A stretch of 36,952 nucleotides of DNA, taken from assembly GCA_044229815.1 (NCBI GenBank), contig JBGASI010000001.1, positions 1-36,952 of the forward strand, written 5' to 3'. Both the position numbers and the translations under genes were made by a program. Each line of letters opens with the position of its first letter. The stretch's first letter is position 1. The notes under the pieces are model-generated. The model was not told where the DNA came from and did not search any database. It was given only the letters and a program-made list of their open reading frames with translations. Positions 1 through 8,517 of this stretch are shown here, piece by piece. Source of the DNA: Vicinamibacteria bacterium (lineage in GTDB: Bacteria > Acidobacteriota > Vicinamibacteria > Fen-336).

Positions 1-2459
1 ACTACAACCTGAGCGTCCGCGTGCTCGGCCGCCTGACGGAGGTGGACCAGTTCGAGAACGTGGTGGTGAAGGCCGGCGCGGGCACCGACCTCGTGCGGCT
101 GCGCGACGTGGGGCGCGCCGAGCTGGGCGCCGAGACCTACTCCTCGAACCTGCGCTTCGCCGGGCTCGAGGCCTCGGGCATGGGCATTCCGCTGCTGCCC
201 TCGGCCAACGCGCTCGCCGTCTACGAGGGCGTGATGAAGGAGATGGCGCGGCTCGAGAAGACGTTCCCGCCCGGCCTCGAGTGGCGGCTGGCCTTCGACA
301 ACGTGGGTGTCGTGCGCGAGTCGATCAAGGAGGTGCTCTTCACGCTGCTGGAGGCCATCGTCCTGGTCGTGCTCGTGATGTTCCTGTTCCTGCAGAACTG
401 GCGCAGCACGCTGATCCCGACGGTCACGATCCCGGTCTCGCTGATCGGCACGTTCGCCTTCATCAAGCTGTTCGGCTTCTCGATCAACACGCTGACGCTG
501 TTCGGGATCGTGCTGGCGACGGGCATCGTCGTCGACGACGCGATCGTGGTGATCGAGAACATCGAGCGCCACATGGCCGAGGAGGGCAAGAGCTCCTACC
601 GGGCGGCGATCGACGCGATGCGCGAGGTGTTCGGCGCGGTGGTCGTGATCGGCATCGTGCTGGTGGCCGTCTTCGTGCCGGTCGCCTTCTTCCCGGGCAC
701 CACCGGCCGGCTCTACCAGCAGTTCTCGCTGACGATCGCCTTCGCGGTGATCCTCTCGGTGTTCAACGCGGTGACCTTCACGCCCGCGCTCTCCGCGCTG
801 CTGCTCGCGAAGGAGAGCCACACCCACGGGCGCTTCTTCGGCGCCGTGAACCGGGTGATCGACGGCGGCACCCGCTTCTACGTGCGGACGCTCGAGCGCG
901 CGCTGCAGCTGCGGCCGCTGATGCTCGCCCTGTTCGGCCTGGGCCTGCTCGCGACCTGGTGGCTGTTCAGGACCGTGCCTTCGGCGTTCGTGCCCGAGGA
1001 GGACGAGGGCTACTTCATCACGGTGATCCAGGCGCCGGCCGGCGCCTCGCTCGAGTACACGACGAAGGTCTCCGAGCAGGTCGAGACGCTGCTGTTCAAG
1101 GACCCGGACATCATGGCGGCCTTCTCGGTGGTGGGCTTCAGTTTCAGCGGCGCGGCGCCGAACAACGGGCTGATCTTCACGCGGCTCAAGCCCTACGACG
1201 AGCGGCGCGGCAGCCAGCACGCGCTGCAGGCGGTGCTCGGCCGCATCCGCGGCCCCATGATGGGAATCCCCGGCGCGCTGGTGATCCCCTTCGCGCCCCC
1301 GGGAATCCAGGGCCTGTCGACGTTCGGGGGCTTCCAGTACGAGCTGCTCGACCAGACGGGCGGCGACATCACGCGGCTGTCCGACACGCTCGGCTCGTTC
1401 ATCGCCAAGGCCAACGGCAGCGGCCGCGTGATGGGGCTGTTCTCGAGCTTCCGCACCAACGACCCGCAGCTCGTCGTGGACATCGACCGCGACAAGGCGC
1501 GCAGCCTCGCCGTGCCGCTGGCGGAGGTGACGGACGCCCTGCAGGTGTTCCTGGGCTCCGCCTACGTCAACGACTTCGACTTCAACAACCGGGCCTACCG
1601 CGTGTACGTCCAGGCCGACCAGCAGCACCGCGCCAGCCCCGACGACCTGCGCCGCTACTACGCCAGAGCCGACGGCGGCACGATGGTGCCGCTCGACAGC
1701 CTCGTGCGCACGCGCGAGACGACGGCTCCGCAGATCATCAACCACTTCAACCTGTTCCGCTCGGCGGAGATCAACGGCGTGGCGGCGCCCGGCCTCAGCT
1801 CGGGAGAGGCGCTGCGCGCGATGGAACAGCTCTCGCGCGAGGCCCTGCCGCGGGGCTTCGACTTCGCCTGGGCCGGCCAGTCGCTCGAGGAGGTGAAGTC
1901 CGGCGCGCAGGTGGTCTTCATCTTCGCGCTGAGCCTGCTGATCGTGTACCTCGTGCTGGCCGCGCAGTACGAGAGCTGGGTGCTGCCGTTCATCATCCTG
2001 CTCGGCGTGCCGCTGGCCGTCATCGGCGGCCTCGGCGCGCAGCTGGCGCGCGGTCTCGCCAACGACGTGTTCTGCCAGGTGGGGCTCGTGATGCTGATCG
2101 GCCTCGCCGCCAAGAACTCCATCCTGATCGTGGAGTTCGCGGAGCAGCTGCGCGAACGCGGCATGGGGATCGCAGAGGCGGCGGTCGAGGCCGGCCGCAT
2201 CCGGCTGCGACCGATCCTGATGACCTCGTTCGCCTTCATCCTGGGCGTCTTCCCCCTGGCCGTCGCGACCGGCGCGGGGGCCGGCGCCCGCACCTCCGTC
2301 GGCACCTCGGTGGTGGGGGGCATGCTCGCCTCGACCCTGCTGTCGGTCATCTTCATCCCGGTGCTCTACGTGGTGATCCGCACGCTGGCTCCCGGCAAAC
2401 CGCGGCGACACGCCGAGGACGCGGCGCCCGTCGCCGCGGAGGGAGAAGCCCATGCTTGA
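1..2459 (+). CDS. RND (AcrB/HAE1-type) inner-membrane efflux pump, 5'-truncated by the window edge
   Basis: The frame is open to position 3 (YNLSVRV precedes the GTG at 21), so the gene starts upstream of the window. The translation shows RND hallmarks: GIVVDDAIVVIENIERH, AAKNSILIVEFAEQ, two blocks of TM helices and large periplasmic loops. Its end overlaps the next gene by 8 nt (ATGCTTGA). Confidence 0.9.
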   Translation, partial: YNLSVRVLGRLTEVDQFENVVVKAGAGTDLVRLRDVGRAELGAETYSSNLRFAGLEASGMGIPLLPSANALAVYEGVMKEMARLEKTFPPGLEWRLAFDNVGVVRESIKEVLFTLLEAIVLVVLVMFLFLQNWRSTLIPTVTIPVSLIGTFAFIKLFGFSINTLTLFGIVLATGIVVDDAIVVIENIERHMAEEGKSSYRAAIDAMREVFGAVVVIGIVLVAVFVPVAFFPGTTGRLYQQFSLTIAFAVILSVFNAVTFTPALSALLLAKESHTHGRFFGAVNRVIDGGTRFYVRTLERALQLRPLMLALFGLGLLATWWLFRTVPSAFVPEEDEGYFITVIQAPAGASLEYTTKVSEQVETLLFKDPDIMAAFSVVGFSFSGAAPNNGLIFTRLKPYDERRGSQHALQAVLGRIRGPMMGIPGALVIPFAPPGIQGLSTFGGFQYELLDQTGGDITRLSDTLGSFIAKANGSGRVMGLFSSFRTNDPQLVVDIDRDKARSLAVPLAEVTDALQVFLGSAYVNDFDFNNRAYRVYVQADQQHRASPDDLRRYYARADGGTMVPLDSLVRTRETTAPQIINHFNLFRSAEINGVAAPGLSSGEALRAMEQLSREALPRGFDFAWAGQSLEEVKSGAQVVFIFALSLLIVYLVLAAQYESWVLPFIILLGVPLAVIGGLGAQLARGLANDVFCQVGLVMLIGLAAKNSILIVEFAEQLRERGMGIAEAAVEAGRIRLRPILMTSFAFILGVFPLAVATGAGAGARTSVGTSVVGGMLASTLLSVIFIPVLYVVIRTLAPGKPRRHAEDAAPVAAEGEAHA

Positions 2460-3729
2460 TCGGCAACTTCCCTTGCTGCTCGCCGCCAGCGTGCTGCTGC
2501 CGGCCTGGCCCGCGGCCACGCAGACGGCGCCCGCCACGCCGGAGCGCGTGAAGTTCGTCGAGGCGGTGCGGCGGGCCAGCGAGCACAACCCGACCGTCGG
2601 CGAGGCGACGCAGGCGATCCTGCGGGCCCAGGCTCTCCTCGATCAGTCGAAGTCCGTGTTTCGTCCCTCGCTCTACGGCAACGCCGGGACGGTGGTCCTC
2701 GACGCCGCGCGCGGGTTCGCCGGCAACGTCACCCAGCCGCGGACGCAGTCGACCTTCAACGCGACCCTCTCCTACCCGGTGCTCGCCGCCGCGCAGTGGG
2801 CGGCCAGGAACCAGGCGGCCGACCGGGTCGCGATCGCCCGGATCTCGGCGCAGGAGACGCGGCGCCAGGTGGCCCTGACGGCGGCGCAGTCCTACCTCGC
2901 GGTCATCGCCGCCCAGCGCCAGCGGGAGATCGCGCAGCGCAACCTGGACACCGCCAGGGCCCTCGAGGAGTACGCGCGCGCGCGGCTCGAGGCCGGCAAG
3001 GGGAGCCGGCTCAACCACGTGCGCTCGACGCAGGCGCGCGCCGCCGCCGAGGCAGAGCTCGAGCTGGCCGAACTGCTCGTGCGCCGAGGCCAGGAGGCGC
3101 TCGGCGTGTCGCTCTTCGCCGAGGGTCCCGTGGACGCGGACGGCGATGCCGAGCTGCAGCCCGCGACACCGCCCGCGAGCGAGGCGTGGCTGACCCAGCG
3201 GCCCGACGTGCGCCTGGCCACGGCCCAGATGCAGGCCGCCGACCGCGTGGTGCGCGACTCCTGGAAGTCCTGGCTGCCGACCGCGGCCGCGTCCTTCACG
3301 CCCCAGTACGTGACGCCCGCCGGGTTCTTCGAGCCGGCCCGGACCTGGCGCGCCGTGTTCCAGCTGCAGGTCCCGCTCTACGACGCGACGCTGCGGCCGG
3401 CGAAGCGGGTGAACGTCGCCGACCTGGAAACCTCCCGACTGCGCCTCGACGCCGTCAAGCTGCAGGCGCGCGCCGAGCTGCGCCTGGCCCAGGAAGCCGT
3501 GACGCGCAGCGGGCAGCTCGTGGCCGCGAACCGGGTCTCCGCCGAGAGCGCCGCCGAGGCGCTGCGCATCACCGAGGTCGCCTACCGGGCGGGCGCCACC
3601 ACGAACATCGAGGTGGTCCAGGCCCAGCAGACGGCGCGCAACGCCGAGATCCTCTTCGCCCTGGCCGAGGACCGGCTGCGCCAGGCGCGGCTGGACCTGC
3701 TGGTGGCCCTGGGGCAGTTCCCGCAGTAG
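2452..3729 (+). CDS. TolC-like outer-membrane efflux factor (OMF)
   Basis: ATG at 2452 preceded by GAGGGAGAAG. Signal peptide MLDRQLPLLLAASVLLPAWPAATQ. Two coiled-coil/beta repeats typical of OMF proteins (AQALLDQSKS..., YRAGATTNIEVVQAQ...). Translationally coupled to the RND gene. Confidence 0.85.
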   Translation: MLDRQLPLLLAASVLLPAWPAATQTAPATPERVKFVEAVRRASEHNPTVGEATQAILRAQALLDQSKSVFRPSLYGNAGTVVLDAARGFAGNVTQPRTQSTFNATLSYPVLAAAQWAARNQAADRVAIARISAQETRRQVALTAAQSYLAVIAAQRQREIAQRNLDTARALEEYARARLEAGKGSRLNHVRSTQARAAAEAELELAELLVRRGQEALGVSLFAEGPVDADGDAELQPATPPASEAWLTQRPDVRLATAQMQAADRVVRDSWKSWLPTAAASFTPQYVTPAGFFEPARTWRAVFQLQVPLYDATLRPAKRVNVADLETSRLRLDAVKLQARAELRLAQEAVTRSGQLVAANRVSAESAAEALRITEVAYRAGATTNIEVVQAQQTARNAEILFALAEDRLRQARLDLLVALGQFPQ

Positions 3730-3778
3730 CGACCTCGCTGCGGACCACGGCGCCGCCCCGCCCGACGATAATGGGCGG

Positions 3779-5221
3779 ATGTCGAACGGACGGGACGCAC
3801 GGAACGGACCCGATCGCGAGTTCGTGGTGCGCGGGCTTGTGGACCTGCTGGGCGCCGACGCGGTCGTCACCGAGGCCCACGAGCTCGCCCGCTACGAGAA
3901 GGGCTGGCGCTACGGCAGCGGCACGGCCCTCCTCGTCGTTCGGCCGCGCGACACGGCGGAGGTGGCGCGCGTGCTGGCGTTCGCCCGGCAGCGCGGCCTC
4001 CGGCTGTTGGCGCAGGGCGCCAACACGGGGCTGGTGGGCGCCTCCACCCCGGACTCGACGGGCGAGATGGTCGTGCTCAGCCTGGAGCGGCTGTCCTCGC
4101 CGCTCGAGGTCGACCCCGTCGACCGCACGGTAGTGGCGGGGGCCGGCGTGCTGCTGAGCCAGCTCGACGCCGCGCTCGAGCCGCACGGCCTGATGTTCCC
4201 GATCGATCTGGGCGCCGACCCGACGGTGGGCGGCATGGTCGTCACGAACACCGGCGGCACGCGCCTCGTCCGTTACGGCGACGTGCGCCAGAACCTGCTC
4301 GGCCTCGAGGTCGTCCTCGCCGACGGAGCAGTGCTCGACCTGATGACGGCGCTGCGCAAGAACAACACCGGCCTCGACGCGAAGCAGCTGTTCGTCGGCA
4401 CGTCGGGCGTGCTCGGGGTCGTGACCCGCGCCCTGCTCCGGGTCGTGCCGCGACCCGCGCAGCGCGTGAGCGCGTTCGTCGGTGCGACGGACGGCAGGAC
4501 GGTGCTCGCGCTGCTCTCGCACCTCGAGCGCCGCGTCGGCGACGTGCTCACGGCCTTCGAGGTGATGAGCGCGGACGCACTGGCCCCGGTGTTCCGTTAC
4601 CAGCCGCGGCTGCGCAGCCCGTTCGGCGCATCGCTGCCACCCTTCACGGCGCTGGTCGAGCTGTCGACGACACTGCCGGCGGACCGCCTGCCGCTCGACG
4701 ACCTGCTCGAGTCCGAGCTCGGAGACCTGATCGAGACCGGGGTCGCCGAGGGCGTCGCCGACGTCTTCCCGGGGAGGCCGGCCGAGCTGTGGGAGATCCG
4801 CCACCACGTCTCGGAGAGCCACCGGCACGAGGGCGAGGTGCTGGGCTTCGACGTCAGCGTCCCCCGCTCCTCCCTGCCCGACCTGCTCGCCGGCGCGCGC
4901 GAGCTGCTGGCGGCGGAGTACCCGTTCGTCCGCGTCTGCGACTTCGGCCACTGGGGCGACGGCGGCGTGCACCTGAACCTGGTCTGGAACCCGGAGGACG
5001 CGCCACGGCAGACGCCCGCGCTGAAGCGCGAGCTGCAGCCGCGGATCTACGAGCTGGCCGTTGGCCGCTTCCGCGGCAGCTTCAGCGCCGAGCACGGCAT
5101 CGGCCCGCACAACCAGCTCTTCTACGACCGCTACACGCCGGACCTCGTGAAGAGCCTCTGCCGCACGCTCAAGGCGCAGCTCGACCCCAGTGGCCTGCTC
5201 GGCACCGTTCGGCTGGGCTGA
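3779..5221 (+). CDS. FAD-linked oxidase (GlcD / D-2-hydroxyacid dehydrogenase-like)
   Basis: ATG start. N-terminal PCMH-type FAD-binding pattern (LLVVRPRDTAEVARVLAFARQRGLRLLAQGANTGLVGASTP). C-terminal FAD-oxidase_C-like ending (SAEHGIG...K..LDP.GLLG). Confidence 0.8.
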   Translation: MSNGRDARNGPDREFVVRGLVDLLGADAVVTEAHELARYEKGWRYGSGTALLVVRPRDTAEVARVLAFARQRGLRLLAQGANTGLVGASTPDSTGEMVVLSLERLSSPLEVDPVDRTVVAGAGVLLSQLDAALEPHGLMFPIDLGADPTVGGMVVTNTGGTRLVRYGDVRQNLLGLEVVLADGAVLDLMTALRKNNTGLDAKQLFVGTSGVLGVVTRALLRVVPRPAQRVSAFVGATDGRTVLALLSHLERRVGDVLTAFEVMSADALAPVFRYQPRLRSPFGASLPPFTALVELSTTLPADRLPLDDLLESELGDLIETGVAEGVADVFPGRPAELWEIRHHVSESHRHEGEVLGFDVSVPRSSLPDLLAGARELLAAEYPFVRVCDFGHWGDGGVHLNLVWNPEDAPRQTPALKRELQPRIYELAVGRFRGSFSAEHGIGPHNQLFYDRYTPDLVKSLCRTLKAQLDPSGLLGTVRLG

Positions 5222-5238
5222 GCGTCCGGCTCGCGCGG

Positions 5239-6342
5239 CTAGCCGAGCGTGACCTCGCGGCCTTCGTCCGCCGACTGCCGGCACGCGTCCAGGACGAGCT
5301 GGGTCTTGAGCGCGATCTCTCCCCAGTGGGGATCGCGCCTGCCGGTGGTGACGAGCGTCGAGAAGGCGCGGAACATCGCGGCCTCCTGCGCCGAGGGGTG
5401 GCGGCTCGCGTATTCGGGGACGGCGACGCTGCGGCTGCGCCGCTGCATGTCGAAGTCGCAGCCCCGGGCCTCGAAGACGGAGTTCGTGACCTCGAACCGC
5501 GTCTCGTCGCCGAAGAAGGGCAGCACGAAGTCCGGGACGTGGACGAAGCCCTTCGTGCCGCCGACGTTCGCCCACTGCTGGTTCTCGGTCCGGAACGAGC
5601 AGTAGACGCTCGCCGAGACGCCGCCCCGGAAGAGCAGCTCGCCGGACATCTCCACGGGAACCCGGCCGGGACCGTCGGGGCGGCCGGCCTGCGCGAGCGT
5701 GCGCGCGTTGACGTGCGTCGGCAGCTCGTAGCCCATCACCCAGAGCGTGAAGCGCAGGTTGTACCAGCCGAGGTCCCCCAGGCAGCCGTGCGGCTCGAGC
5801 GCGCTGTCGAGGCGGATGTTGCCGCGGAAGAACTCGTCGTCGCCGTTGAATCCGAACTGCGTGGCGATGCGACGGATCGCGCCGACGCTCTGGCCGTCGT
5901 CGAGTGTCTGGCGCAGGGCCCGCAGCCGGCTGCCGTGCATGAACATCACGCCGTCCATGAACTGGACGTTGGCGGCCTCGCAAGCCGCGAGCATGTCGCG
6001 GACGTCGGCGGCGGTCACGCCGACGGGCTTCTCCACGAGCACGTGCTTGCCGGCGCGCGCGGCCGCGAGGACCCACTCCTTGCGCAGCCCGGTCGGCAGC
6101 GGGATGTAGACGGCGTCGACGTCGGAGCGGCCGAGCAGCGCGTCGTAGCCGGCGACGGCGGCAGGCGCGGCGGGCAGCGGACAGGCGGCCTGGCACCCGG
6201 CGATGAACTGCCGGCTGCGCTCGAGCGAGCGGCTGGCGACGGCCGTCAGCGCGGCGTTGCCGGCCAGCGCCATGGCCTGCCAGTTCTTCCGCGCGATGCC
6301 GGCCGTCCCGAGAATGCCCCAGCGACAGTCGCCTGTCTCCAT
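5239..6342 (-). CDS. Gfo/Idh/MocA family NAD(P)-dependent oxidoreductase
   Basis: ATG at 6342 with GGAGGA 7 nt upstream. Rossmann N-terminus RWGILGTAGIARKNW...AVASRSLERS. EKP motif (VLVEKPVG) typical of the family. Confidence 0.85.
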   Translation of the reverse strand: METGDCRWGILGTAGIARKNWQAMALAGNAALTAVASRSLERSRQFIAGCQAACPLPAAPAAVAGYDALLGRSDVDAVYIPLPTGLRKEWVLAAARAGKHVLVEKPVGVTAADVRDMLAACEAANVQFMDGVMFMHGSRLRALRQTLDDGQSVGAIRRIATQFGFNGDDEFFRGNIRLDSALEPHGCLGDLGWYNLRFTLWVMGYELPTHVNARTLAQAGRPDGPGRVPVEMSGELLFRGGVSASVYCSFRTENQQWANVGGTKGFVHVPDFVLPFFGDETRFEVTNSVFEARGCDFDMQRRSRSVAVPEYASRHPSAQEAAMFRAFSTLVTTGRRDPHWGEIALKTQLVLDACRQSADEGREVTLG

Positions 6343-6349
6343 CAGGTGG

Positions 6350-6368
6350 TCCTCCGTGTCGTGGAGGA
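6350..6368 (-). promoter_or_regulatory. Hairpin pairing the Gfo/Idh/MocA SD (GGAGGA) with an upstream TCCTCC
   Basis: Plus strand TCCTCC (6350-6355), GTGTCGT, GGAGGA (6363-6368). On the minus strand the 3' arm is the SD located 7 nt from the ATG at 6342. Confidence 0.25.
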
Positions 6369-6402
6369 GAGTCTACGACCGACGCAGGCCCCGGCGCCCG
6401 GC

Positions 6403-8481
6403 TCAGCGTGCGACGGGGTCTTCGCCGAGAACGTCGTCCAGTGTCGAGAGGAAGCGGTCGGCGTCCGCCTCGCCGAAGACCAGCGGCGGCCGCAGCTTGA
6501 GGACGTTCTCGTGGGGGCCGTCGACGCCCGAGAGGATGCCGCGGTCGCGCAGGCGGTTGACGACGTAGGCGGCCTCCTCCGTCGCCGGCTCGAGCGTCGC
6601 GCGGTCCCTCACGAGCTCGACGCCGAGGAAGAGCCCCGAGCCGCGGACGTCGCCGACGAGCGAGTGGCGGGCCATGAACTCCTCGAGCCCGGCCCGCAGG
6701 TGGTTGCCGACGCGCAGCGCGCGCTCCTGCAGGTGCTCGTCGCGGAGCACGTCGAGGACGGCGAGACCGGCGGCGCAGGCGACGGGGTTGCCGCCGAACG
6801 TGGCGAAGTACTCCATGCCGTTGTCGAACGCGGAGGCGATCTGCGGCGTCGTCACCACGGCGGCGAGCGGGAAGCCGTTTCCGATCGGCTTGCCCATCAC
6901 CACGATGTCGGGGACGACGTCCTGCGTCTCGAAGCCCCAGAAGCGCGTGCCGAGTCGGCCGAAGCCGACCTGCACCTCGTCGGCGATGCAGACGCCGCCG
7001 GCCGCGCGCACGTGGCGATAGGCCTCGGCCAGGTAGCCGGGCGGCAGCACGACCTGGCCTCCGACGCTCGGCAGCGTCTCGGCCAGGAACGCGCACGCGC
7101 CGGCGCCCTTCTCGCGCAGCGCGGCGACGACGTGGGCGACCGGCTGCGCGAACTTCGCGCCGCGCGCGGGGTCGCCGCGACGGTGCGCGCCGCGGTAGTC
7201 GTCGGGAAGCGGGACGACGTGGACGAACGGCTTGCGGCCCTCGCCTCCGGGGCCGTCGAACTTGTACGGGCTGACGTCGACGAGCTTCGCCGTGTTGCCG
7301 TGGTACGCGTGCTCGAGCACGATCACGTCGTCCCGGCCCGTGAGCGCGCGGGCGAGCCGCAGCGCCAGCTCGTTGGCCTCGCTACCCGAGCTCACGAAGT
7401 AGCAGACCCGCAGCGGCTCCGGCATCAGCGAGGTGAGCCGTTCCGCGTAGCGCAGGGCGTTGTCGTGCAGGTAGCGCGTGTTGGTGTTGAGCAGGGCGAT
7501 CTGATCCTGCGCCGCGCGCGCGACGCGGGGGTGCGAGTGGCCCACGAGGGGCACGTTGTTGAAGGTGTCGAGGTGCGCGCGCCCGGTGTCGTCGTACAGG
7601 TGCTGCATCCACCCGCGCACGATCTTCAGCGGCCGCCGGTACGCGAGGCTGAGGTTGCGGCCGAGCAGTCGTCGTCGCGCGGCCAGTGTCTCCTCCCGAC
7701 TCGCGTCCTCCGGCGGGAAGCACGTCAGCGGGATGCCCAGCAGCAGGTTGGCGTCCGGGCAAAGTGCCGTCCAGAGCTCCCGCTCGGACGCGCGCGCGAC
7801 GCCGGGGAAGGCGCTGCCGAGAGTGAAGAGGTCGAGGATCACCTGGACGTGGACGTGCGGGGCCCAGTCGCCGTTCGAGGGTGGCGCGCCCACGCGGGCG
7901 AACACCTGCCCGGCGGCGACGCGCTGGCCGACGCGCAGGGCTGGCAACGTGTCCTGGCTGAGGTGGCCGTAGAGCGTGAAGAACGTGACGCCGTCCTCCG
8001 GCTCGTGGCGCAGCACGACGAGCGGGCCGTAGTCGAGCCGTGCGGCGTTGTCCGCCAGGAGCTGCACGGTGCCTTCGAGGGGCGCGCGCACCGCCGTGCC
8101 CGGCTCGACGAACAGGTCGATCCCGAGGTGGACGGTGCGGCCCTCCTCGTCCCCATGCGCGCCGAATGCCGGCGAGGCGTAGAACGCGCGCGCCTCGCCG
8201 TAGCGCCCCACGCCGACCCGCTTGCCCCGCCGCCGCAGCTCCGCGAACAGGGCCTGCGTCAGCGGGCCCGTCTCGGCGGCGCGCGGGTCGGCGCCGAGGA
8301 AGAGACTCGAGACACCGAGGTCGAAAACGTGGGCGTCGCGCGTCAGGTCGGCGTCCAGCACGCCGGCAAACGAGCCGGAAACCAATCGCCCACGAAGCCA
8401 CTCGGTCGCCTTCGCGCCGTCTCGCAGCGGCGCTAGACCGCACGCCCAGCGGAAGGTCGCCTGAGCGAGAGCCGGCGGCAC
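6403..8481 (-). CDS. Two-domain protein: M23 (LytM-like) domain followed by a class-III PLP aminotransferase / phospho-lyase-like domain
   Basis: M23 zinc-ligand motifs HLGID (HxxxD) and PHVHVQV (HxH) lie in residues ~118-212. The class-III aminotransferase core includes SGSEANELALRLAR, DEVQVGFGRLG and the Schiff-base lysine context VVMGKPIGNGFP. The only possible start is GTG at 8481, and it is in frame with the upstream kinase ORF. Confidence 0.85.
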   Translation of the reverse strand: MPPALAQATFRWACGLAPLRDGAKATEWLRGRLVSGSFAGVLDADLTRDAHVFDLGVSSLFLGADPRAAETGPLTQALFAELRRRGKRVGVGRYGEARAFYASPAFGAHGDEEGRTVHLGIDLFVEPGTAVRAPLEGTVQLLADNAARLDYGPLVVLRHEPEDGVTFFTLYGHLSQDTLPALRVGQRVAAGQVFARVGAPPSNGDWAPHVHVQVILDLFTLGSAFPGVARASERELWTALCPDANLLLGIPLTCFPPEDASREETLAARRRLLGRNLSLAYRRPLKIVRGWMQHLYDDTGRAHLDTFNNVPLVGHSHPRVARAAQDQIALLNTNTRYLHDNALRYAERLTSLMPEPLRVCYFVSSGSEANELALRLARALTGRDDVIVLEHAYHGNTAKLVDVSPYKFDGPGGEGRKPFVHVVPLPDDYRGAHRRGDPARGAKFAQPVAHVVAALREKGAGACAFLAETLPSVGGQVVLPPGYLAEAYRHVRAAGGVCIADEVQVGFGRLGTRFWGFETQDVVPDIVVMGKPIGNGFPLAAVVTTPQIASAFDNGMEYFATFGGNPVACAAGLAVLDVLRDEHLQERALRVGNHLRAGLEEFMARHSLVGDVRGSGLFLGVELVRDRATLEPATEEAAYVVNRLRDRGILSGVDGPHENVLKLRPPLVFGEADADRFLSTLDDVLGEDPVAR

Positions 8482-8517
8482 GCGCGCGAGCCGCTCGAGC
8501 GCCTCCCACGCCGGCGC

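Noticed and set aside
281-2551. 756-aa ORF overlapping the RND pump in another plus-strand frame.
   Set aside because: It is an off-frame shadow of a gene with unambiguous RND motifs, and its translation is low-complexity RG/RP-rich.
5222-5238. Possible bidirectional terminator between the convergent FAD oxidase and Gfo/Idh/MocA genes.
   Set aside because: Only 5-bp stems can be drawn (GCTCG/CGAGC), and they partly lie inside coding sequence. There is no U-tract on either strand.
3569-7096. 1175-aa ORF on the minus strand, and similar giants at 4789..8436 (+), 14272..18063 (-), 14715..19676 (+), 9471..11591 (-), 34362..36848 (-) and 27678..30044 (-).
   Set aside because: The translations are Arg/Pro/Gly/Ala-rich low-complexity strings with no motifs. 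They lie antisense or out of frame to genes with clear family signatures. Long stop-free alternative frames are expected in DNA this GC-rich.
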